A stretch of DNA of 63,802 nucleotides, counting the filler, from Chrysochromulina tobinii (taxonomy: Eukaryota), in NCBI GenBank assembly GCA_001275005.1. It is 12 parts of 12 records of this genome, joined end to end, with 100 filler letters (N's around TTAATTAATTAA, not from the genome) between each part and the next. Parts side by side here need not be neighbours in the genome. Positions count along the whole stretch, not along the records: positions 54,115 to 56,291 come from JWZX01000315.1; positions 56,392 to 57,742 come from JWZX01000321.1; positions 57,843 to 60,210 come from JWZX01000323.1; positions 60,311 to 63,802 come from JWZX01000325.1; 8 more parts are not named here. One strand, 5' to 3'. This document shows, piece by piece, positions 54,309 through 63,802 of this stretch. The first letter of the stretch is position 1. Every line of letters begins with the position of its first letter. The notes below the pieces were generated by a model. The model ran no database searches, was not told where the DNA came from, and saw only the letters and a program-made list of their open reading frames with translations. A program made the translations under genes and the position numbers.

Positions 54309-56231
54309 TTAATCCTCTCGTTCATCATGTGCTTTATCGACGACTTCGGCGCTTGCAGCATCGCAGATCTTCTCTTCCGCATTGACGGAAGTCCCGTACG
54401 CGACGCCGCTGGTATTCGGGTGTGGCCAGGATAGGTCGTGGCAAAGCCTCCAGGAACCTTTCCGCTCGACCATACTCGTAGGACAACACCGTTGAGGCCA
54501 GTAGGCAAGGCCTTCCGACTTTTGAAAGTCGGTGCGGGCCCAGCCACGTCGGACTTCGGCGGCCATCTGGCTGCACCATGGCGTAACATGTAAATAAGAG
54601 CTGCCATGAGGAACGGAGTAAAACGAGATGGGATGTGCCGGCTCGCCGCAGTACGCGCCATGCGAAATGAGGCCGCGCAGCTGCCGATCGCCGTAGTCAG
54701 GGTGAGCTCGGAACTCGCGACGGAACCGTCGAATGTCGATCTCTGCGTTCGGCGGTCGGTCGGGCCAGCGTGATGGCTGGAGAGAGCGAAATGGATAGAC
54801 GGTCAGATCCATAGGAATGCCTTGAAAGGCTGCCTTGGTATTGCGAGTCCATTTCAGACGAAGATCGTCTGGGCGGGCGGCTCTTGCTGCGCGGGCATCA
54901 CCGCTTTTCGCCAGGGCAATGGAGCGGTTGGCCCGCTTGGCCCATTGGCGCAGCTGCCGCAGGGCTGCGCGAGAGATGATCTCCTCGAGACTAAAGGCCA
55001 CACGATCGGGCTGGTCAGGAGGGGGTGGATCTTCGCGAGGGGCCCACGTAGGTAGATTGCACTTGGGGAAAGGCATGATAAGCAGTTCTCCAGAAGTGCA
55101 CGGCTCGAGACGCCGATGGGAAAAGGGCGTCGGCGCTTCCGTGGCGCTCACGACGGGCGGTGCGGAAAAGCCAAAGAACGCGCTGCTGGGAACGAGTGCC
55201 ACGCCACGGGATGAAAGGAGCTCCCGCGGCGCTTGGGCGACTGCCGCGACAAGTGACGGAGCCGGTTGAGCTTCGATGTCGCGGAGATGTAAGTCGATCG
55301 GCAGAGGGGCGCGTTTGACGTGCAATCTCGAGTTTTCGAGCCTAACGGCTGCCGCTTGCGAGCGAGATGCTAGTTGTGATGGATGATAACTCGACTCTGC
55401 AAACGAGGCCGGAAAGGATGCCTCAGGGCGTCTGAGGGCAAGCCTAACGCGAGCGCGGATCGCCACTGCGATGCCAAAGATGTGGCAGAGGGCGTCTGGA
55501 TCGCGTCGTCGTCGGGCGGCGCACGAGGCCGAGCAGCGGAGGTGAATGCCTCCCCCATGGCTGATGTAAGAGGCGAGATCGCACAATAGGGCTTCTCGCC
55601 TCTCATCTGCCGCCTCGGGCAGGTAAGATTCGTCGATACGAAGCGGCGTAGCGGCGGCGGCGCCTCCAGAGAGCATGAGCTCATCGCAGGCTGCGCAGAC
55701 GACCGCCACATCCTGATCGTCGCCGACGGGGAAGGGATTCCCGAGAGGTCCCGGGCGTGTGCAGTCGACAATCCGCACGTGTGCAACGCGCTCCAGGCAG
55801 GTAAAGACGGCGCCTTCCGCCTCGAGCACTAGAGGGGCGAGGGGAAGGCGCGTTGGAGCGAACAGCTCAAACCATCCCGAGTCAACGATAACGCTGAACC
55901 ACATCGGAGAGGGTTCTCCGTGCGCTTGAACGAAGAGATTTCGAAGCGCACGCACGGAAAGGCCGTCAGGGCGACTGAGTAAGTCCCACGTCGCGCGCAT
56001 CTCGAACCATCGGTGTAAAGAGTCGCGCTGTAGCTCTGGCACTAGCGGGCGACGTGGAATCGAAAGTCTATCGGCTTCCTCGTCGCTCTCGGAAGACGAG
56101 TCTGAGATGCCACCATCCGGCTGGAAGCACAGCGGTAGTCCGAGGCTAGTAACGAGCTGACGGGAGTGCCCTGCGACGGGAGGATCGAAAATCAAGACTG
56201 TACGAATCGCAATCATAAGAAAGACAATCAT
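54309..56231 (-). mobile_element. DIRS-like retrotransposon ORF: DUF4326-like domain plus N-terminal reverse-transcriptase motifs (truncated)
   Basis: VDCTRPGPLGNPF...HLRC...C...CH; AEVRRGW...P...PTSMVERKGSWRLCHDLSWP. Confidence 0.55.
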
Positions 56232-56504
56232 ACGATCGAGTCACAGTATGCCGCCCGCTACGATGCGGCTGACACATACACAACCAGGTTGNNNNNNNNN
56301 NNNNNNNNNNNNNNNNNNNNNNNNNNNNNNNNNNNTTAATTAATTAANNNNNNNNNNNNNNNNNNNNNNNNNNNNNNNNNNNNNNNNNNNNCACCACTCT
56401 ATAACATACTTACTACCGAGAACAGGCGAGAGAATGTGTTTTGGAGCTCGAATTGTGGAGCTGTGTGGCCAAACGGTTCGCGGGTCGATATTCGAGGCGA
56501 AGCC

Positions 56505-57715
56505 GGATTTCGATGCACATCTCCAAAGATCGCGAGACAGCACATAGCTGGAGGGACCTAGATCGAGTCTAGGGACTATATGGACTCATACAACACAGAG
56601 AATCACGCCATACCAAGTCACTGTCGCCACTCAGATGTCACATTGTGACCCCGAGAACGGCATGTGACGTCGCGTTTTGGTCGCATTTCGGTACTAGTGG
56701 CATGCAGAGCGACCTGTGATGGTGTGATTCTCGGTGTTGGATGACACCATATGATCCCCAGACTCGATCTAGGGCCCTCCAGCTATGCACTATCTCTCGA
56801 TCTTTGGAGATGTGCATCACATTCCGGCTACGGCTCGCATGTCGAGCTACTTATTGTCTAAGGCCAATTTGATGCACATCTCCAAAGATCGCGAGACAGC
56901 ACATAGCTGGAGGGCTCTGGATCGAGTCTAGGGACTATGTGGAGGCATACAAGACAGAGAATCAGGCCAGTACAGGACACTGTCGCCACTCAGATGTCAC
57001 ATTGTGACGACGGTTGCCGAGTATGGACTGTGTGACCGTGTACTCGATCTCCAAAGATCGAGAGATAGTGCATAGCTGGAGGGCCCTGGATCGAGTCTGG
57101 GGATCATATGGTGTCATGCAACACCAAGGATCACGCCATTACAGGTCGCTCTGCATGCCCCTAGTACCGAAATGCGACCAAAACGCGTCGTCACAGGTCA
57201 TACTCGGGGTCACAATGTGACATCTGAGTGGGGAGAGTGACTTGTGATGGCGTGATTCTCTGAAGTTTTTGAGTCCATATGGTCCCCAGACTCGATCTAT
57301 GGCCCTCCAGCTATGCACTGTCTCGCGATCCTTGGAGATGTGCATCGAAATTGACCTTAGACGATAAGTTGGTCGACATTCGAGCTGAAGCCGGATTTTG
57401 ATGCACATCTCCAAAGATCGCGAGACAGCGCATAGCTGGAGGGCCATAGATCGAGTCTGGGGACCATATGGACTCATGCAACACCAAGGATCACGCCATT
57501 ACAGGTCGCTCTGCATGCCCCTAGTACCGAAATGCGACCAAAACGCGTCGTCACAGGTCGTACTCGGGGTCACAATGTGACATCTGAGCGGGGAGAGTGA
57601 CTTGTACTGGCGTGATCCTTGGTGTTGCATGACTTCATATGGTCCCTAGACTCGATCTATGGCCCTCCAGCTATGTGCTGTCTCTCGATCCTTGGAGATG
57701 TGAATCGAAATCCGA
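56505..57715. repeat. tandem array of ~360-bp palindromic (foldback) units
   Basis: Arm GATGCACATCTCCAAAGATCGCGAGACAG...TCACGCCAT forward at about 56512, 56871, 57048 and 57400, and reversed ending at about 56818, 57346 and 57705. Confidence 0.85.
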
Positions 57716-58473
57716 CTTCGCCGCGAATATCAACCCCAATTGNNNNNNNNNNNNNNNNNNNNNNNNNNNNNNNNNNNNNNNNNNNNTTAATTAATTAANN
57801 NNNNNNNNNNNNNNNNNNNNNNNNNNNNNNNNNNNNNNNNNNCTCAGCGCCATCGATTCGTGCTGCAGGCACGAGCTGGCCAGAGCTTGAGAGTCCGAGC
57901 GCAGCTCCTCCGTAGCGCGCGCGCGTCAAGGCGCGCGGCGAAAAGCGCGCGCAGGTCGATGGCAAATGGAGAGATGGTTGGGAGCAGCGCCGTCCTCCGA
58001 CGCGCCTGGAGCCGGCCGCAGCGGGACGCGGAGGCGCGCGCATCGCGCGGAGCGCAAAAAGGTTGCACGGACGCACGCACGCACGAATTAATGGGGGTCC
58101 GAGCCAGGACCCTGAAAGGCTGCTGCGCTCGCCTTTTTCAGGGTCCTCAGGATATAAAAGGAATATTTGAGAGAGGCGGCACCCATTGCGTGGGGGAATT
58201 TGAAGGGCATGTCGGCGTGAGAGTATGGCGGCATGCGACGCTTCTATGAATATCCTGGCCCGCAATGCCGGCCCGACGGCTCCAGCAGCCAGGGACCACC
58301 AGCAGGGTCCCCGAGCTAGTGGTTCTAACCGCACCACGTACGTACGCCTGTCCAGTGTCTTGGGTATCGAATTATAACCATTGGCCGTGAAAGACTAACG
58401 GAATCGGAAACCTCTTTGATCTCATCGTCCCCTCCGATCCCCGCGCCCTCGTTTTCCGCGCGGTCTGCATGCT

Positions 58474-59895
58474 TCAGCCAAATCTTGCCAGCGCAGCGAG
58501 GATCGCACTCACCATCCCTTCGGGTTTGCGGCAGAATCGCTCTTCGACTAGCGTTGCTGCACTCCGAGGCACACAATTCACTGCGTAGTTCTTTGGAAAG
58601 CACGCGACGACGTCGGAGGCACTGCCATCCTGCCGTCGTTCGGCCGCCGAGAACTCACCATCGACCACCGGCCAATTGCGATAGCTGTCACCGCGAGAGA
58701 GGAACCGCACGTCTACGACCGCAAGATCCTCAGCGGAATGCACCTGGTAAGGAATGCCGTACAGCGCTCCAACGCGCTTCCGCCACTGCTCAGACGTTAC
58801 GCACGCGAGAGCATCCGTCAGAACACCACCCTTGGATGAAGAGGCGTTGATGTGCCGAGTAGACTTCCACTCGGATGACGACGTGAGCGTGCCTGCGCGA
58901 CTACCAGGCCGGAGCCAGCATCGATTCAGTCGCCGCGGCGTGTGCAGCTCCAAGTAGCCGCTCAGCATCGGCTCAGCAAACTCACGCCAGATCAAGTAGA
59001 CGTGGTCATTCCAGCCGCCGTAAGTAGCGCAATCCTTGCCGTGCACGTAGCCTGGCTCGAACGCGCTCAAGTTGAAGGGCCTGAGCCAGTGAGCATCCTC
59101 GCGCATGAATAATATCCAGTCGTAGCGCTTGTGCTGGGCCTCCTCATCATGAAGAATCAGCCGGTAAGCCATGAGCTCCTTCTTGAGCCTGTTTGCGATC
59201 GCGCGACGGATTCTCTCGTCGTAGAGCAACAGGCGCCATCGCGGCCAATCTGATTCGTGCGGCAAGTTAGGGTCGTTCGACGGCGCCGACGGAAAGCGGG
59301 CATCGGGAGGTGATGGGTCCAGCACGATCGCGCCCACGCGCCCGCCGGCCTGCCTCACCTTGCGCTCAAGAGTCTCTCGGAGCACAGCTGAGGACATCGT
59401 GCGAAAGGTGGGATGGCCCTGCAGACTCCCTGCGTTGCCAGCAGCATAGTTCAAAAACGGCGCCATCATGATGCCTGTCTCGAGATACGCGAAAACGGCA
59501 ACCCGATGGCCTTGTCGCACATTGACCTCAATGACATGAGGGAGCACGGAGTCAAAGGCGAGGCGATCACGATGACCAAGGAGGAGAGCAGCCAAGTTCT
59601 TGCCGCCCCTCTCCGCTGTCGATGTGCGGGTGCGACTCATCCGACCACATATGCACTCGCGGCACTCCAAGTTTCCAATCAACACGTGCCCTGGCTCCCA
59701 AGGATACGTATGTAAAATTGAAGGCTCTTTGCGCTTGCCATGATTGGTGCAACACGGTTCAAAGAGCCTGGTGCCTTCGCGGTGATGCGGCGTATTGGCG
59801 ATCCTCAGCAGGTCGTTTGTATCATTAACGTGCAAAGCTGCAGCGACCGAGACCACGACGCTGGCAGCCGCCACTAAGTGCTCCATTGTGCGCAT
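58474..59895 (-). CDS. secreted/Golgi glycosyltransferase-like hypothetical protein
   Basis: N-terminal hydrophobic segment, YDWILFMREDAHW and GGWNDHVYLI motifs. Confidence 0.5.
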   Translation of the reverse strand: MRTMEHLVAAASVVVSVAAALHVNDTNDLLRIANTPHHREGTRLFEPCCTNHGKRKEPSILHTYPWEPGHVLIGNLECRECICGRMSRTRTSTAERGGKNLAALLLGHRDRLAFDSVLPHVIEVNVRQGHRVAVFAYLETGIMMAPFLNYAAGNAGSLQGHPTFRTMSSAVLRETLERKVRQAGGRVGAIVLDPSPPDARFPSAPSNDPNLPHESDWPRWRLLLYDERIRRAIANRLKKELMAYRLILHDEEAQHKRYDWILFMREDAHWLRPFNLSAFEPGYVHGKDCATYGGWNDHVYLIWREFAEPMLSGYLELHTPRRLNRCWLRPGSRAGTLTSSSEWKSTRHINASSSKGGVLTDALACVTSEQWRKRVGALYGIPYQVHSAEDLAVVDVRFLSRGDSYRNWPVVDGEFSAAERRQDGSASDVVACFPKNYAVNCVPRSAATLVEERFCRKPEGMVSAILAALARFG

Positions 59896-61586
59896 CTACT
59901 TCTGAAGTCGGATCGTCCGCAACCGCCACGTTTTTTACTGTGGGAAATCGGCGGCGTTTTTCTAACGGTTGGAGAAAAAAATAAAAAAAAAGGTGAAGGG
60001 AAGAAGAAGAAGGAAGAGAAGAGGGAGACTGTAGATGATATTGGCACTACAGTCGAAATTTTTGACATTGAGCGGGTGGGGGGAGGGGGGGGTAGGGGTC
60101 CTCGATTCTTTGTGTTTTTTGTATCTTTTGTCGCAGCGCTCGAGCCACTTCGCGATGCCGCGACACGCCGCTCTCGTACGGGCTCTGAGGTCGATGCGCG
60201 GCGAGCCCAGNNNNNNNNNNNNNNNNNNNNNNNNNNNNNNNNNNNNNNNNNNNNTTAATTAATTAANNNNNNNNNNNNNNNNNNNNNNNNNNNNNNNNNN
60301 NNNNNNNNNNGGCGGGAAGACGGCGGCGGCGAGGGCGGCGGGCGGCGAGGGCGGTGGCGACGACGACGTCGGCGGCCTGGGCGGCGGCGAGGGCGGCGGC
60401 GAGGGTGGCAGCGAGGGTGGCGGTGGCGATGGTGGTGGTGATGGTGGCGGTGGCGGTGGCGGCGGCTTCGGGTTTAGCGGCGTTGTAAGTACTGTCGGCA
60501 GACGCGCCCCCCGAAGGGAACGCAAAAGAAGTCACTCGACGCCGCCGTCGCGTGACGACGACGGTGTCGAGTAACGACAGTGTCGTGGCGACCGGCAGCT
60601 TGCCCGCCGCCTTATTGCTGCCTTCAAACCACTCGCCGTACGGGAACGTGCCAGTACTTGAACAGATCAATGTTCTCCTTGCGCATGATGCTGCGCGTTC
60701 GCACGAGCACTCGCAGCGAGAAATCCCGGCGGTTTTGCCTGTACCTCGCGATGCTCTCCGGGTAGAAGACCACTCTCAAGTCGAACGACGGCAGCGCTCA
60801 AAGCTGCGGTCTTGTTCTTCCGTGCCTTCTTCGTAGATTATTGCGCCGATCTTCGTCGACAGCAGCGCGAGCTACGACAAGCAGTTCCGCGATCTGTATA
60901 CGCCGTGCGACGGCAGCGTCGAGCGCTTTTTGAGCATCATCCATCGCCGACGTCGGAGAGCGGCGAACAATGCCAGCTAAAGGAGTGGCACCGACATTCG
61001 CGTTGCTCGAAAGTCGGTGTCACTCGCAGGATCCCACACTGCGGAAAAACCGCCGAACCCGGCTTTTGTTTTTTTCTTTTTTTTGCGCGAAGACGTCGTC
61101 ATGTCACATCTTGTCCGAGCTCGATCGTCCGCTGCGCTGGTGTCGCTGGGGTGAGTCGCGGAGCGGTTCGCGTCATAGGGAATCTGCTGTATTCCTGACG
61201 GGCGCTTTGCATGAGCGTCGGCGAATGTGAGCAGCATGGAAGGAGGGCGTGCAGGGCTCCAGAATCGGTAGTTGTTCGTGATTTGTCGAGACCGCAGCGT
61301 GGGGAAGCCCCCATGCTGCGTCTTCAAGAAGATGCTCGAGAGCATCCTTGAAGTTGGAACTCGTCGTTGAGGCCGAGCGTGATGGTGACCGCCGTCCGGC
61401 GAGAGTCGGGCTGTGAGAGGGGTGGGCTCGCGGCGAACCTAGGGAGGTCTCTGGGACCATAAGAAACCCAAAAAGGGCATGCGACGTTTTCCTAACACAT
61501 AACAAACTCATGCTGGGCCTGTGCAAGTGCTTCCTAATCTTCTCGTGGTTAGTCATACCGCTCCACCTGTGGTTCGGTTGGTGCCA

Positions 61587-62283
61587 TACGCAATACGCAA
61601 ATACGCAAAACGCAAAACGCAATACGCAAAACGCAATACGCAATACGCAATACGCAATACGCAATACGCAAGACGCAATACGCAATACGCAATACGCAAG
61701 ACGCAATACGCAATACGCAATACGCAATACGCAATACGCAATACGCAATACGCAATACGCAATACGCAATACGCAATACGCAATACGCAAGGCGGGTCAA
61801 AGCCCCAATACGCAATACGCATACGCAATACGCAATACGCAAGGCGGGTCAAAGCCCCAATACGCAATACGCATACGCAATACGCAATACGCAAGGCGGA
61901 TCAAAAGCCCCAATACGCAATACGCAATACGCAATACGCAATACGCAGTACGCAATACGCAATACGCAATACGCAATACGCAATACGCAATTCGCAATGC
62001 GGGTCATAGCCCCAATACGCAATACGCAATACGCAATACGCAATACGCAAGACGCAATGAGCGTCCTAACGCCAATACGCAATACGCGATTACGCAATAC
62101 GCAATGCGCGCCAAGGTGGCTCCTAGTGGCTTCGCCCATACGCAATACGCAATACGCAATACGCAATGCTGCTCAATGCGGGTGCCGTGGTACGCAATAC
62201 GCAATACGCAATACTCAAACCCTGTCAAACTGTATTGCGTAATACGCAACAGCCTGCCTCAATACGCAATTGGTCAATACGCT
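61587..62283. repeat. (CAATACG)n heptamer satellite with interruptions
   Basis: Dozens of CAATACG units; recurring GGCGGGTCAAAGCCC spacers. Confidence 0.95.
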
Positions 62284-62409
62284 GCGTATGGCGTATGTTG
62301 CATCTCTCTGTTTTGGTGCAAAATCAGCACAACGCTGTATCAGAGCTGTGTGTTGGTAGAACATGATATAAAGATTGGAGACACGCCCGACATCGGCATC
62401 CGATAGGCC

Positions 62410-62805
62410 GGGCTCTACGACACAGCCGGTGCGTCGCAGCGCAACAGCGGCATTCACTGTTCATCTCGCCCCAGGCCGCCCCCCACTCGCACCAGGCTTC
62501 ATGGTAGATACGCCCGCTGTCGGCCTCAAAGGCTCTCCGACAGCGGGTCAGCTGCACGCACATCATCACCCCAGGCCACCCCCCACCCACACCAGGCTTC
62601 ATGGTAGATACGCCCGCTGTCGGCCTCAAAGGCTCTCCGACAGCGGGTCAGCTGCACGCACATCATCACCCCAGGCCACCCCCCATCCACACCAGGCTTC
62701 CTGGTAGATACGCCCGCCGTCGGCCTCAGAGGCTCTACGACACAGCGGGTCAGCGGCACGCACATCACCCCAGGCCGCCCCCAACCCGACCCCACCAGGC
62801 TTCAT
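62410..62805. repeat. 100-bp tandem repeat, ~3.5 copies
   Basis: ACCAGGCTTC at 62491, 62591 and 62691 with near-identical intervening sequence. Confidence 0.9.
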
Positions 62806-63165
62806 TCAAAACACATCAATACGAGCACAATGAGTCTCGTCTCGACCCCCACCCCCCGCCCCACCGGCCGCGGTATCGGAGCGACGGTGGCTAAAGCGGC
62901 GGACAAGGCGGACAAGGCCGTGATGAGCCATCAGCTCCAAATTAATCCCACAGCTCTCGAAGCCGAGCTACGTAGCATGGGCGAGACGAATCGGGTCTCC
63001 GAGGCTCCTGGCTCCTCTGCCGGGTGTGAAGGTGGCGAGGAGTGTATCCGCAAAGGTCGCATAGAGCGACGGCGACGGCCCGTCGACGGCCGCCGCAGGG
63101 GTGGTCGCGGGGCCTTCATTGTTGCGGTACGACTTCTCGAGCATGCTCGCCTTCTGTGGCTCCTG

Positions 63166-63802
63166 TTACACCAGTTGTACAGTAACCAGTTGAACCAGTT
63201 CAACCTCTTGCTCCTTTGGAACCGGCGTCTCGTTGGCCTGCTTGGCTTTGCAGGCCGCGGTCATCGCAGCAGCTGCAAAGGCGGCGTTGGCCTCCTGGCT
63301 GGCTTCGTCGGCCGCGCGCACGAGCGTGTGCAGGGTGGGCGACGGCAGGTCTCCGCCTGCCTGCAGGACCTCTGCACCCTTATCTGTACCCCGCATCTTC
63401 GGCAACCCGGCTCCGACGAGCCTATCTGCTATTTCAACGGCGTGACGGCGGCAGGCAAGGATAAACTGGCCAGCGTTGCCATCCTTGTCGGGGTCGGTGA
63501 ACTCACGCAGGATCATGAGCAGCGGCGATTCGAAAATGAAGGTTAGGATCACGGGCACGACGAGAAGCGCTGGGAGCAAGACTTGCATGACCGGATCCTC
63601 GGGGAACGCGTTGGTCACCACGGAGCTGACCAACGAGAAGAAGATGATGACCTGGGACACCTGCGCAAGGAAGTTGTCGTCATCTCTGATGTAAGGAGAG
63701 TATACGCAAAAGGCGCCATAGCTGAGGAAGCAGATGATCAACCCGAAGATGAGCTGCGGCGGCGACCCCGGCGGGAAGAAGATGGGCAGCCCGATGAGAG
63801 TG
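63166..63802 (-). CDS. C-terminal multi-pass TM region of a large surface protein (5' off window)
   Basis: GLPIFFPPGSPPQLIFGLIICFLSYGAFCVYSPYIRDDDNFLAQVSQVIIFFSLVSSVV...LLPALLVVPVILTFIF. Confidence 0.7.
   Translation of the reverse strand, partial: TLIGLPIFFPPGSPPQLIFGLIICFLSYGAFCVYSPYIRDDDNFLAQVSQVIIFFSLVSSVVTNAFPEDPVMQVLLPALLVVPVILTFIFESPLLMILREFTDPDKDGNAGQFILACRRHAVEIADRLVGAGLPKMRGTDKGAEVLQAGGDLPSPTLHTLVRAADEASQEANAAFAAAAMTAACKAKQANETPVPKEQEVELVQLVTVQLV

Noticed and set aside
60311..60870. Possible Pro-rich gene start on the minus strand
   Set aside because: Frames are inconsistent and cut by a gap; cannot define a CDS.
61510..62406. 298-aa ORF with NTQYAIR repeats
   Set aside because: Translation of a stop-free heptamer satellite; open in several frames.

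Overview
GC-rich eukaryotic DNA, most likely a flagellated haptophyte alga (inferred from DAW1/ODA16, Pro-rich modular surface proteins and SAM-methyltransferase expansions). The window is a pseudo-scaffold of about 13 contigs joined by N-TTAATTAATTAA-N linkers, so adjacency across linkers means nothing. It holds compact, apparently intronless genes (U1-70K, TIM21-like, DUF829, DAW1, ankyrin, LRR, cyclin, several methyltransferases), large modular surface-protein genes, transposon remnants (RAG1/Transib-like DDE, DIRS-like RT and YR pieces, TIR elements, satellites), and two very intron-rich genes that I spliced by hand: a 17-exon CHD remodeler and an 8-exon FAIM-like/PDZ gene. Main observation: nearly all introns in those two genes follow one building rule. 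Most carry a copy (up to 37 nt) of the flanking exon that supplies one splice site, plus a stereotyped filler, either (CTCTGATGAC)n...CCTCATCAG or GCATGCAAGTGCTCACCACGGCG...CCCCACAG, that supplies the branch point and the other splice site. Tandem double introns, a GC donor and a mirror-image class also occur, which suggests an active intron-generating mechanism. Also notable is a single-pass membrane protein with a cytosolic H-Y-E ADP-ribosyltransferase and an A20 zinc finger. All family assignments are by motif recognition; no database search was run.
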